Shown: in pieces, positions 1 to 7,964 of the stretch
Layout of the letters: every line of letters starts with the position of its first letter
Position numbering within the stretch: position 1 is the first letter of the stretch
Origin: a virus
Length of the DNA stretch: 64,000 nt
Virus record (IMG/VR): IMGVR_UViG_3300026116_000003
Coordinates: 10,136-74,135 of that record
Reading direction: 5' to 3' (one strand)
The notes under the pieces: model-generated
What the model was told of the DNA's origin: nothing
Databases searched by the model: none
What the model saw: the letters and a program-made list of their open reading frames with translations, nothing else
Made by a program: the position numbers and the translations under genes

Positions 1-18
1 ACGGGGCCGAATTGGTCT

Positions 19-80
19 TTCTTTCGCGTGCAATACGCTCTAGGACCGTTCGGACTCGCCAGCGAGCGTCAATATAGCGG
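19..80 (+). repeat. Dispersed repeat family, partial copy D (TTCTTTCGCGT...TAGGACCGTT...GAGCGTCAATATAGCGG)
   Basis: Shares AGGACC and GTCAATATAGCGG blocks with copies at 4852-4948, 38451-38525 and 59513-59581; shares TTCTTTCGCGT with the 4852 copy. Confidence 0.7.
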
Positions 81-84
81 TTTC

Positions 85-168
85 AAAGCAAAAGAGCGGG
101 GCCGCGTATCAGGAGAACAAATCTGGCGCCTGACAAAAAGCGCCAAACAAACCCGATACGGGCCCCGC
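85..168 (-). terminator. Long GC-rich hairpin with T-rich tail; probable terminator of the early region
   Basis: GCGGGGCC(C)CGTATCGGG pairs with CCTGATACG(C)GGCCCCGC, with an inner TTTGGCGCTT/AGGCGCCAGA stem; G-U pairs work on the minus strand; followed by TCTTTTGCTTT. Confidence 0.55.
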
Positions 169-177
169 AAAATCAAA

Positions 178-432
178 TCAACAAGCGAGCCGAGCCGCTT
201 TCTGTTCTTCCACTACTTTCGCGTGGAGCACGAAGTCTTCGTATTGAGCGACGCAACGACACAGCGGGCATCCATACCAAGGTCCCTTATCGTTGCTTGT
301 TACCATTACTGGCTGCTTAAAGCGAACAGCAATTCCCGGACAAGGGACGTCGCCGCCGGCCATCTTTGAAGTCTTGTTGCAAGCCATAGACAGCGGATAA
401 GCTTCGTCTCCGATTCTTCCTTTTGGATTCAT
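178..432 (-). CDS. Hypothetical Cys-containing protein
   Basis: ORF co-oriented with neighbours; ATG at 432 chosen; CPLC motif. Confidence 0.55.
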   Translation of the reverse strand: MNPKGRIGDEAYPLSMACNKTSKMAGGDVPCPGIAVRFKQPVMVTSNDKGPWYGCPLCRCVAQYEDFVLHAKVVEEQKAARLAC

Positions 433-442
433 ATTATTTTGA

Positions 443-512
443 TTCAACTATTCATTGCGCGACTAGCGATGGGCCTAGCACTTACACGCTTGGCCGCGCA
501 ATGAAAGTTGAA
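443..512. other. Long intergenic inverted repeat / stem-loop
   Basis: TTCAACT(443-449)/AGTTGAA(506-512), TTCATTGCGCG(451-461)/CGCGCAATGAA(495-505) and AGCG/CGCT. Confidence 0.75.
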
Positions 513-516
513 AAGC

Positions 517-1413
517 TTAGTTGAGCAAGAGTTCATACGCCCGCGTGCGGAGCGTATCGTTGCGGCTCAAGACTGACTCAAACCGATTGATTTCCGGAGC
601 AGTCAAGTCCGTGTGGCGATGCACGCGGTGGTGCGTCACGTGCTCCGTAACCGCGTTGAGCGCATCCCAGCGGCTGCGCCCTTGATTGCCGTCGCCGAAG
701 ACGAACAGCTCCAGCATATTCTCGCGCTGGTTCTCGGTGCGCGTCGAGTCTCCAGGCATCAGCTTGCCGAGAAACTCCCTGCACTCCGGCAACGTCATCC
801 GCACTTGCGCGAGATGGACGAATTGCTTCTGGACGATATCAATCTGCTCTTTCGCCGACGCCAGGAAGATAGTCTTCGCGGCCGCGTAGCGGATGTTCTG
901 GCGCTCGGTATGCGACACCCACAAGTCGCTCGACAACTCCCGAGTAGTCATCCCGTTCTTGCAAGTCAAGCGCTCCATGAAGAGCTGCGACTTGCGCGGC
1001 GTTCCGCCATCCCACCCGTCGACCGAGTGAATAAAGACGTTCGTAATATCGCCCTTCTCCCGGATGTTCTTGGGGAAAGAGATATCTTGCTTGAGCTTGA
1101 TGAACGCGAAGGCGCGAGAGCGCTCCGGCAGGAAGCCGGCGCGAACCACCGTCCCGTCTATCGACTCTGCAAACTCGTATTGAGATTGCAAGAACTGCCG
1201 GGGGTCGCTTGGCGGGTAATCTTCCCCGACAATCCCCAGCGGCGCTTTCGTATCGCTCCGGTAGAGGAGCTTCTTCCGCAGCGCCTGGATTCCAGTAGCG
1301 GTCCCCGAGATGGTATCCGCTTCCGGTTGCCAGTCCAAGTCCGCCAGTTTTAGCGTCTCTTCAAAGCTCGACGCCGCCGCTACACCGACCGTTTCAATTA
1401 CTGATGTATTCAT
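517..1413 (-). CDS. DUF932/DUF945 family phage/plasmid protein
   Basis: LADLDW, RSDTKAPLGIVG, DGWDGG, RLTCKNG, SHT and GRSRWDALNAVTEHVTH motifs typical of the family. Confidence 0.85.
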   Translation of the reverse strand: MNTSVIETVGVAAASSFEETLKLADLDWQPEADTISGTATGIQALRKKLLYRSDTKAPLGIVGEDYPPSDPRQFLQSQYEFAESIDGTVVRAGFLPERSRAFAFIKLKQDISFPKNIREKGDITNVFIHSVDGWDGGTPRKSQLFMERLTCKNGMTTRELSSDLWVSHTERQNIRYAAAKTIFLASAKEQIDIVQKQFVHLAQVRMTLPECREFLGKLMPGDSTRTENQRENMLELFVFGDGNQGRSRWDALNAVTEHVTHHRVHRHTDLTAPEINRFESVLSRNDTLRTRAYELLLN

Positions 1414-1448
1414 ATTCTTATTATCTCGTTTAGGTTAAAGTTTTGCTC

Positions 1449-2039
1449 TCAAGAATACATCCCTGGATACTCGACGCCGTCTGCTTCGTCGGCTGCGTTA
1501 GTAACGTCTTCGGCCAGCTGGCGAATCTCGTCCTTCTTGTCGTCATCCAAGACCAGACCCTCGGGCAGCGTCGCTCCTTCTTCCAGCAACTCTTCCAGGC
1601 GCTCGGCCGCTTGACGCAACGCATACGCCGCTTGGCTTCCGCGATGCGCCCGGCTCGTCTCGTCGCTCGGCGCAACGAATACTCTGACCGGCTCCAGATA
1701 CTCTGGCACGTCGAGCGTATTCGCTACGTTATCCAAAGCCGAAATCGCTTCTTGCAGCTGGTCTCCCTTATCTCCGTTCTGGAACCCTTCCGGCAAGTTG
1801 TCATACCAGTCCTGGAGCTCGTCCCGTAGCGTCTCAAACTCGGAGATGGCGTCAGGAATTACCGACGTCACCGACGTGGTATACATAGCTGTCAACATAG
1901 CCTTGAATTCTTCTACCGTAGGCAAGTCGATAACTATTTGATACCAGCCCTTGCGAGATGACTTGAGTCGCGCTTGCAATACCCTAAGGGCGTGCGGCCC
2001 GTAGGTCTTGTTCAATTTGATTTTGCTGATTTCGTTCAT
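1449..2039 (-). CDS. Hypothetical acidic phage protein
   Basis: ORF; DELQDWYDNLPEGFQNGDKG segment typical of small phage helical proteins; A-rich leader. Confidence 0.75.
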   Translation of the reverse strand: MNEISKIKLNKTYGPHALRVLQARLKSSRKGWYQIVIDLPTVEEFKAMLTAMYTTSVTSVIPDAISEFETLRDELQDWYDNLPEGFQNGDKGDQLQEAISALDNVANTLDVPEYLEPVRVFVAPSDETSRAHRGSQAAYALRQAAERLEELLEEGATLPEGLVLDDDKKDEIRQLAEDVTNAADEADGVEYPGMYS

Positions 2040-2074
2040 ACTGTTTTTGTTTGTTTTTTGTTTGCCCTGCGAAA

Positions 2075-2656
2075 TTACTTAGCTGCCGGGATGCGGACGA
2101 ATTGAGCCGGCGTGAACCGAACGGCTTGCGAGCGCAAAGAATCGTTGAAGATACCGAGCGCAAGTTCCATCTTCTCTTGATTCGCTAGGGCTCGATTGTA
2201 GGGCAAGCGAGTCCAGCCGACTGTCCCGCTCGCGGTATGCTTGACGAAATAGCGAGTTGTCCAGCCGACGTCTTTGAATTCGACCTCGATTGCATCGCCT
2301 ACTTTCAAGTCAAACAGGCCGTTCTCGCTGGCGATATTCTGCCGCGCTTGCTTGCGGGCAAACTCGCTTGAGCGACGCTTTTCCTTCAAGTCCATTGCTT
2401 CGACTTGCGCCGCGTGGACCGTTGCGCTAGCGACGTTCCCCAGCACTGTCAACATGCGGAAAGGAACGGTCCAGAGTCCCTTCGATTCCCCTTCTGGCAT
2501 TACTTCAGCGACTTGATGCTGGATGGAGGGGAGCCCGAACTTGGCGAATTTGCGCCCGCGTTCAATCGTCTTGAGCCGAACCACGACTCCAGTAACTTGA
2601 CCGCGACGCCCGTTAAACCGCACTCTTGCACCGACTTTGATTTCGTTTTTTGTCAT
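2075..2656 (-). CDS. Hypothetical protein (SH3-like N-terminus)
   Basis: ORF starts 6 nt after repeat/promoter copy 1; IKVGARVRF and LKVGDAIEV beta-barrel-like starts. Confidence 0.8.
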   Translation of the reverse strand: MTKNEIKVGARVRFNGRRGQVTGVVVRLKTIERGRKFAKFGLPSIQHQVAEVMPEGESKGLWTVPFRMLTVLGNVASATVHAAQVEAMDLKEKRRSSEFARKQARQNIASENGLFDLKVGDAIEVEFKDVGWTTRYFVKHTASGTVGWTRLPYNRALANQEKMELALGIFNDSLRSQAVRFTPAQFVRIPAAK

Positions 2657-2662
2657 ACTAAG

Positions 2663-2690
2663 TTATCGACGCCCTGTGGAAATACTTTAG
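2663..2690 (-). promoter_or_regulatory. Cassette repeat copy 1; sigma28-like promoter
   Basis: CTAAA GTATTTCCACAGGGC GTCGATAA, then 6 nt, then ATG(2656); the TAA is the stop of the upstream gene. Confidence 0.75.
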
Positions 2691-3028
2691 CTCTTTGTTC
2701 CGATAAAAGTTACCGGAGTCGTAAAGTGCGCTAGGGAGAGCGGATAGCGCTCTTTTCCCAAGTGCAAAAGGACTTGCTTTGCGTGGTCGAGCGCATGGGC
2801 TTGAATCTTCGGCCAGTTGCGGTCGCTGACGAACCAGCGCTTGTTTTCTTTGTCAGCGAGCGCAAAGAAGTGGTCTGGAATCAAGTTGCGCCGCGCGTCG
2901 TCTTTGCTATAGTCGCTCAACTTAGCCGGAGTCCGTCCGCTAGCTAATATACATTCGCAGCCCTTGAGCCACGTATAAACCATCCACTCGCCCGCTTCCC
3001 GATTCAGTTGTCTTATTGTTCGTTTCAT
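2687..3028 (-). CDS. Hypothetical protein (true start MKRTIRQ at 3028)
   Basis: ATG 7 nt downstream of repeat copy 2; the longer ORF call merely reads through the repeat. Confidence 0.75.
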   Translation of the reverse strand: MKRTIRQLNREAGEWMVYTWLKGCECILASGRTPAKLSDYSKDDARRNLIPDHFFALADKENKRWFVSDRNWPKIQAHALDHAKQVLLHLGKERYPLSLAHFTTPVTFIGTKS

Positions 3029-3035
3029 ACCAGTA

Positions 3036-3063
3036 TTATCGTCAGCCCTTAGGGATACTTTAG
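3036..3063 (-). promoter_or_regulatory. Cassette repeat copy 2; sigma28-like promoter
   Basis: CTAAA GTATCCCTAAGGGCT GACGATAA, then 7 nt, then ATG(3028). Confidence 0.75.
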
Positions 3064-3242
3064 TCCAATTGAAACATATCTTTGATTGCCTCCAGGATAT
3101 CGCAATCCCGTATCGGCGGCAGGTCGCCGGCGATGTAATGCTCGAAAGCGCCCTTGCGATACCAATTGTCAAACTTCTGGCTTTTAAGCGTATCCAGTAT
3201 CTTTTGAGCCACTTTGTCTTGATTCGATTTGTTTTTATTCAT
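3060..3242 (-). CDS. Hypothetical protein (start MNKNKSNQ at 3242)
   Basis: ATG 7 nt after repeat copy 3; stop TAA lies inside repeat copy 2. Confidence 0.7.
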   Translation of the reverse strand: MNKNKSNQDKVAQKILDTLKSQKFDNWYRKGAFEHYIAGDLPPIRDCDILEAIKDMFQLD

Positions 3243-3249
3243 ACCAGTA

Positions 3250-3277
3250 TTATCGTCAGCCCTTAGGGATACTTTAG
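3250..3277 (-). promoter_or_regulatory. Cassette repeat copy 3; sigma28-like promoter
   Basis: Identical to copy 2, including the TACTGGT-ATG junction. Confidence 0.75.
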
Positions 3278-3666
3278 CTTTTCTTTTTGCACTCCGGCCC
3301 GATACCGGATTCGATTGATTCCGGAACCGTGAGCTTGCGACCGCAGCGGCAACATTTGCCGGCGTGCTGGATTTCAACTTTCCCGGCGAGCTCGTTCAAG
3401 TGAGACCAGATATACGCGAAGGCTACCGCGCTAGGAGCGCTTGGAGCAATCGAAGAGCGAAGTCCATGGCGGTAATTCTCTCCGTTGAAAATCGTCCCGA
3501 GGAACGTATAGCTCGATTCGTTGTCGGGGCCCGTAAGGACTTTGACGAAGTGGGGCGACTCCGGCTTGGGCTGACGAATCTTGTAAGTAAAGCGAGTCCC
3601 GGTCTTGAGCGACGTAGCGGTAAACGTAGCGTTCCCCGCCAGCGCGAATTCTTTAATATTTATCAT
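3274..3666 (-). CDS. DUF6011 zinc-ribbon protein
   Basis: C-terminal CCRCGRKLTVPESIESGIGPEC signature. Confidence 0.85.
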   Translation of the reverse strand: MINIKEFALAGNATFTATSLKTGTRFTYKIRQPKPESPHFVKVLTGPDNESSYTFLGTIFNGENYRHGLRSSIAPSAPSAVAFAYIWSHLNELAGKVEIQHAGKCCRCGRKLTVPESIESGIGPECKKKS

Positions 3667-3672
3667 ACAAGT

Positions 3673-3700
3673 ATATCGTCAGCCCTTAGGGATACTTTAG
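3673..3700 (-). promoter_or_regulatory. Cassette repeat copy 4; sigma28-like promoter
   Basis: CTAAA GTATCCCTAAGGGCT GACGATAT, then 6 nt, then ATG(3666). Confidence 0.75.
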
Positions 3701-4458
3701 CTGACTAACTTCATTTCAGAAGGCTTGGTCCCCGGTGCGAATCGGACTTCACTTGCGAAGCTGGCTTTTAGCGCTTTCATCGCTTCAGCTTGCTTGACGC
3801 GAAGAGCCACGATTTTCTCCCATTGCCCGACTGTGAACGTCTCGCCCTTGTAGGTGAGCTTGCCGTTCTCTTCGACGCGAAACCCCTCTGGCGTCGAGTA
3901 TTCCGACAACCAGCTCTGCTGAGTAAGTTGCTTGACGAATTCCTTGCTAATAGGGGCGGCGATGAACGTCCGATAGCGAGCTTCTGTTGCCGCTTTGATT
4001 TGCTCGACCGAGCGCTCGTGTTGAGCGACGCCGACGATTTCCCGAATCTTCTCTAGCGCTTTGGCTTTCTGCTTTGCGTCGAGCCCGAGCTCCCGGCCGT
4101 TGCCGATTTTCAGCCACTTAGTATCGCCGTAATCGCCGATAACGAGCTTCCAGCCAGTGCAATGCCCACTGGACCACTTGCTTGAGCCCGTATACATATT
4201 CTCAATTCGAACGCGAACACCGAGCGCCCTAGTCCCGTCCGTAGCCGGGTCGAGTTGCCGCAAGACCGCGAGCTCGGCTACATTTTGCTCAATTTGCGCT
4301 TGAGCGCGGGAAGCCAGTTCTTGCTCGTGCTTTACGATACGCTCGGAGGGTTCGATACCGTTCATCATTCCAGCTTCAATCGCGTCTTTGTTGATATCGT
4401 TGAATTCGGTACAGAACTGCGTGGACTTTTCGACTTTGATATTTTGATTCGTTGTCAT
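3697..4458 (-). CDS. Hypothetical protein
   Basis: 253-aa ORF with A-rich leader; stop inside repeat copy 4. Confidence 0.8.
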   Translation of the reverse strand: MTTNQNIKVEKSTQFCTEFNDINKDAIEAGMMNGIEPSERIVKHEQELASRAQAQIEQNVAELAVLRQLDPATDGTRALGVRVRIENMYTGSSKWSSGHCTGWKLVIGDYGDTKWLKIGNGRELGLDAKQKAKALEKIREIVGVAQHERSVEQIKAATEARYRTFIAAPISKEFVKQLTQQSWLSEYSTPEGFRVEENGKLTYKGETFTVGQWEKIVALRVKQAEAMKALKASFASEVRFAPGTKPSEMKLVS

Positions 4459-4492
4459 ATTTTGATTTTGTTTTTTTGCCCTTGTAAGAGAG

Positions 4493-4520
4493 TTATCGTC
4501 AGAGTAGGGAAATACTTTAG
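4493..4520 (-). promoter_or_regulatory. Cassette repeat copy 5 (leadered variant)
   Basis: CTAAA GTATTTCCCTACTCT GACGATAA; 34 nt of A-rich sequence to ATG(4458). Confidence 0.7.
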
Positions 4521-4521
4521 C

Positions 4522-4719
4522 TCAAACTTTAGAAACTCGAACGAACGCCAGCCCGTAAGAGCTAGAGTCTTGAGCGATATCGTTGTGCTTCGCCCAAGCT
4601 CTCAAAGCTTCCAGCGTGAATAATGAACCCGCGTATTGCTTCGACGTTGCTTCAACCGTTAGCTCAGTCGTCTCGTATCCGACCGCCGTTACCGTTACTT
4701 TGAATTTGTTCGTTTTCAT
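4522..4719 (-). CDS. Small hypothetical protein under the sigma54-type module
   Basis: ATG 11 nt downstream of TTGCT; stop TGA abuts repeat copy 5 (TGA-GC-TAAAG). Confidence 0.7.
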   Translation of the reverse strand: MKTNKFKVTVTAVGYETTELTVEATSKQYAGSLFTLEALRAWAKHNDIAQDSSSYGLAFVRVSKV

Positions 4720-4846
4720 ACTCCCCTAATAGCAAGCTCGATACCACTACTGTATTATCTCTAACACGTTGAGTTTAAGCCAAACCTTAAATCGACTCTT
4801 TCCCTAGTGTCCCAAATCGAGATAGACACTGTCTCAAATTTGGACT
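4717..4846 (-). promoter_or_regulatory. Sigma54 (RpoN)-type promoter module, copy 1
   Basis: TGGTAT-CGAGC-TTGCT (GG-N10-GC) at 4746-4731; IHF-like ACTCAA-CGTG-TTA at 4774-4762; two TGTC-N9-GACA-like sites at 4808-4824 and 4830-4846. Confidence 0.75.
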
Positions 4847-4851
4847 GGAGC

Positions 4852-4948
4852 TTCTTTCGCGTAGCGTCTCGCTTCGGAAAGACGTCCTAATCCGTCAGGA
4901 TTGCACGCCAGGACCGTTTGGATTTGCTTTTGAGTGTCAATATAGCGG
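4852..4948 (+). repeat. Dispersed repeat family, copy A
   Basis: GTCCTAATCCGTCAGGATTGCACGCCAGGACC...TTGCTTTTGAGTGTCAATATAGCGG. Confidence 0.8.
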
Positions 4949-4965
4949 CCTGCTAGGGTAACGTC

Positions 4966-5466
4966 CTATAACTTAAAGCTCAAAGCGTAGCGAGTCGCTA
5001 CTTCGTTCGGCTCGTAGAAGTGGCCCTCGGCTGCGGCTTGAGATACGTCTTGCCAGAGGAAGTCCGGCGGCTTAGGGGCGAGCCATTCCATCCCGAGCGT
5101 CGAGACGAAAGCCGGGAACGTCCCGGTAGAGAAGTCTACTATCTCGTTCGTATCCGGCAACGCAATCCAGACATGCATCTCGGGGATTCCTCCGGACGCC
5201 ATAGCGAGTATTGAGTTGAAGTCCGTCGGGCTCCACTTGAAAGCGAAGTGCGTCCCGCGCACGCCGTCGTCGAGATGCTTGGGGACGATTTCCCATTGCA
5301 TCGTCCCCGCTTGCAGGACGGGGCGATAGAAGCGCGGGTAACGGCTCAAGACTTCCATCCCAATCTTCGCTAAGTAAGCGCAAGCGCGGTGCGGTTCGAT
5401 ATCCGCGTGGCGCTCTTTGAAGAGCCGCTGGACCAGCTCAAAGATTCGTTGACGAGCTTCGTTCAT
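4966..5466 (-). CDS. Hypothetical protein (possible transglutaminase/papain-like fold)
   Basis: ORF; C...HVWI...IVDFS arrangement suggests a Cys-His-Asp triad; ATGA coupling to the upstream gene. Confidence 0.7.
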   Translation of the reverse strand: MNEARQRIFELVQRLFKERHADIEPHRACAYLAKIGMEVLSRYPRFYRPVLQAGTMQWEIVPKHLDDGVRGTHFAFKWSPTDFNSILAMASGGIPEMHVWIALPDTNEIVDFSTGTFPAFVSTLGMEWLAPKPPDFLWQDVSQAAAEGHFYEPNEVATRYALSFKL

Positions 5467-5930
5467 ATCCCTGCCTTTAGCTTGAGCTTTTCCAGCGCAG
5501 CTCTCGCTTTAACTTTGATTTGCCCTTCCCATTCGGTATCCTGCCGCCCGAGCGTCAGGCCGTGGTATGCGTCGAGCAAGTCCTTCAGCGCCTGCCAATC
5601 TTCGCTCGCTCGCTCGTCTCTCTTGCTTCGTCGCTTGTCGCAATCGCAAGCAACTACGTGCCCGTGTTTGTCGCACCAGTGCGTCGGTCGTTTGGGGTGG
5701 CAATCTAAACTTCCGTCAATCCGATAGTCTTGCGGCAAGTAATCTTCGGTCTCAATCCACTGGCGAATTGCTTTCGCTTCTTCCGCGCTAAAGTAAGCCT
5801 CTATCGGCCCGCGGCGAAAGAGCAGTGCGTCTCTTCGCTCTTTCGTAATCGTGTGCCCGTGGACTAGCAATCGCCCAGCTTCCGTTGCGTTGAGGTCTCG
5901 CACCAGTTTGTCTCTTGTATTGATACTCAT
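5463..5930 (-). CDS. Hypothetical protein
   Basis: ORF translationally coupled in the 4966-6950 operon. Confidence 0.7.
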   Translation of the reverse strand: MSINTRDKLVRDLNATEAGRLLVHGHTITKERRDALLFRRGPIEAYFSAEEAKAIRQWIETEDYLPQDYRIDGSLDCHPKRPTHWCDKHGHVVACDCDKRRSKRDERASEDWQALKDLLDAYHGLTLGRQDTEWEGQIKVKARAALEKLKLKAGI

Positions 5931-5931
5931 A

Positions 5932-6240
5932 TCAGTAATCTCCAGTCGGTTCGTTGCGCCCCATGACTTCGTTGTAATATCCCATCGGGTCGGCTTCTCG
6001 CGTGCAACTATCGCAGTGGTATCCGTGCGCTTTTTGATACGACGAGCGCAAGCGAGATTTGCACGTCGGGCACAATAGCGGATGATTTTCAGGAGGAAGT
6101 CCGTTCGTCTCTTTCTCTACTTTCGGGATTCCAGTGGCGCAAGCTTTGCACTTCCCGGCGTGCTCTCTAGCGTATTTCTTCGACGTAAGAGCACCGCACG
6201 AACACCGGACCGTAAACTGCTTGAATTGAAAGTTGCTCAT
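5932..6240 (-). CDS. Zinc-finger hypothetical protein
   Basis: CSC, CKAC, CPTC and CDSC motifs. Confidence 0.75.
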   Translation of the reverse strand: MSNFQFKQFTVRCSCGALTSKKYAREHAGKCKACATGIPKVEKETNGLPPENHPLLCPTCKSRLRSSYQKAHGYHCDSCTREADPMGYYNEVMGRNEPTGDY

Positions 6241-6950
6241 ATTCCAATCCTCCCATTCGCTTTGCCGCTGCCGACTTGATTGAGGCGAATCTGCTGCCCC
6301 TTAGCTCGCCCGAAAGCGTAAGCCGAGTTGCTGACTTGTTGCGCCCGAGCTTTCGAGCGAATCAATACGGGGAAGTCTTGCGCCACGCGCTTCGATATCA
6401 GAGCGTCTTTATTGACGACAATCAGCGCCCAGCAACTCGCTTCCTTCGGAGTCAGCTTCGCTTCTTCGCGCCGGTTCACTTCGATAATTCCGTCGCAGAG
6501 CCCGCGAAAGACTCCGTTCTTGTTTGCGGCGCAACTGACCATCCCGTTTTTCTCGGCGTGGTAATACGTCGAGGGAAAGACTTTCTCCAGATAGGGGAAG
6601 AGCTCCCGGCAGATGGCGACGTCCGTCGCTTCTCCGATAAAGATAGCCTTCGTGCCACTGATGATAACTTGAACGCCGAAGCACTGGCGCAGCACGCGAT
6701 AAATCCACGTATGGTAGGGCTTTTGAGCGCTCGTCTTTATCTGGATATCGGCGCGGTCGATTTCAATCGACGAGCCAGCAGAACGACCGGCCGCCATATC
6801 AATCGACGCCAGTTCAATCCCGTGCTTCATGGCCAGCTCTTTCGCTTTGCCCATCGCCGCTTCCATCTCGCCTTGCGAAGCGTTGCCGTGAGACAGCGCG
6901 AGGCACTTGCGAATCTTTTCAATCACCGCCGAGTTCATTTGATTTGTCAT
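6237..6950 (-). CDS. DUF2786 domain protein
   Basis: N-terminal IEKIRKCLALSHGNASQGEMEAAMGKAKELAMKHGI; C-terminal AYAFGRAKGQQIRLN. Confidence 0.85.
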   Translation of the reverse strand: MTNQMNSAVIEKIRKCLALSHGNASQGEMEAAMGKAKELAMKHGIELASIDMAAGRSAGSSIEIDRADIQIKTSAQKPYHTWIYRVLRQCFGVQVIISGTKAIFIGEATDVAICRELFPYLEKVFPSTYYHAEKNGMVSCAANKNGVFRGLCDGIIEVNRREEAKLTPKEASCWALIVVNKDALISKRVAQDFPVLIRSKARAQQVSNSAYAFGRAKGQQIRLNQVGSGKANGRIGI

Positions 6951-6983
6951 AACTTGTTTTTTTTGTTTCGCCCTGTGGAAAGT

Positions 6984-7011
6984 ATATCGTCAGCCCTTAG
7001 GGATACTTTAG
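6984..7011 (-). promoter_or_regulatory. Cassette repeat copy 6 (leadered variant)
   Basis: CTAAA GTATCCCTAAGGGCT GACGATAT; 33 nt to ATG(6950). Confidence 0.7.
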
Positions 7012-7012
7012 C

Positions 7013-7309
7013 TCAAATCGAGAAATCAATTACGACGCTCGCAACTGTCGCAACCACAACCGTGAACTTTACCCACCAGTGCGATTGATTCGCTACGCTC
7101 GCTCCGCCGCGGAACGCCGCGTAGTGCTCGCCCTCGTCGACTAACACTGCGCCGGGAACGGCCGCGATTACTTGAGCCGCGTAGCTTTCCGCGCTACCGC
7201 CGTGACGATAGTAGAACCCGTGGCGAGCAGTAAAGACGCCATTCCGCAAGCTTATTGAATCCGCCGATATTAGTTCCTCGATTTGCTTTATTGTCATTTT
7301 GTTTTTCAT
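7013..7309 (-). CDS. Hypothetical protein under the sigma54-type module
   Basis: Same upstream module as 4522-4719; TGA-GC-TAAAG junction to repeat copy 6. Confidence 0.75.
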   Translation of the reverse strand: MKNKMTIKQIEELISADSISLRNGVFTARHGFYYRHGGSAESYAAQVIAAVPGAVLVDEGEHYAAFRGGASVANQSHWWVKFTVVVATVASVVIDFSI

Positions 7310-7436
7310 ACTCCCCTAATAGCAAGCTCGATACCACTACTGTATTATCTCTAAGTGCTTGAGTTTAAGCCAAACCCTAAATTGAAGATTCCCCTAGTGT
7401 CTCGCTCCTAGATAGACAGTGTCCCGTTTCGAGTCA
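7307..7436 (-). promoter_or_regulatory. Sigma54 (RpoN)-type promoter module, copy 2
   Basis: Colinear with 4717-4846 at offset 2590; -24/-12 at 7336-7321; IHF-like ACTCAA-GCAC-TTA; TGTC-N9-GATA/GTCA sites at 7398-7414 and 7420-7436. Confidence 0.75.
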
Positions 7437-7712
7437 AAACCCCCGAGTTTGCCCGAAAGTTCCCCACTTGCTGATAAATTCCAGGTCCAGGAGGACTTGC
7501 TTCGTTATCGGGCTCACCGCAGGTTCTGCCGGAACGCTAGCCAGGGCGCGTGAACGCACGCTCGCTTGACGTTGCTCGACGAGCGCCGGGATTGACGCTA
7601 GGTTGGTCGAGACGTAGAGCAAACAAGCGAGAGCCAGCCAGAACGTCTTGAGACTCGCTACCGCTGGCGTCGGTCCAACCAGCACGTCGAATTCGAAAGC
7701 GTCATTGTTCAT
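7434..7712 (-). CDS. Hypothetical protein with one hydrophobic segment
   Basis: FWLALACLLYVS stretch. Confidence 0.65.
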   Translation of the reverse strand: MNNDAFEFDVLVGPTPAVASLKTFWLALACLLYVSTNLASIPALVEQRQASVRSRALASVPAEPAVSPITKQVLLDLEFISKWGTFGQTRGF

Positions 7713-7730
7713 ACTGGTAAAATCGCTAAA

Positions 7731-7922
7731 TCAATGAGCCGAAGCTACATACCACTTGTTATCTACGCCGAGCACAATTTGAAACTTTCCCTTGTGAGAG
7801 ACGAAAACAGCCGGCGGCATTCCGCAGGGGCGAGGACGAAGCTCTACAATCGCCGCCGTCAAAGGCACGCCATTTTCAATTTCGACTTGCACTAAATCAC
7901 CGACTTTTAAGTTTTTCTTCAT
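7731..7922 (-). CDS. Small hypothetical protein
   Basis: ATG 7 nt after repeat copy 7. Confidence 0.7.
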   Translation of the reverse strand: MKKNLKVGDLVQVEIENGVPLTAAIVELRPRPCGMPPAVFVSHKGKFQIVLGVDNKWYVASAH

Positions 7923-7929
7923 ACTAGAG

Positions 7930-7957
7930 TTATCGTCAGCCCTTAGGGATACTTTAG
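7930..7957 (-). promoter_or_regulatory. Cassette repeat copy 7; sigma28-like promoter
   Basis: CTAAA GTATCCCTAAGGGCT GACGATAA, then 7 nt, then ATG(7922). Confidence 0.75.
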
Positions 7958-7964
7958 CTTTATC

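Noticed and set aside
3029-3377. Shared peptide KVSLRADDNTGM in ORFs 2687-3172 and 3060-3377 as a protein repeat
   Set aside because: It is the translated promoter repeat; the true starts are at 3028 and 3242
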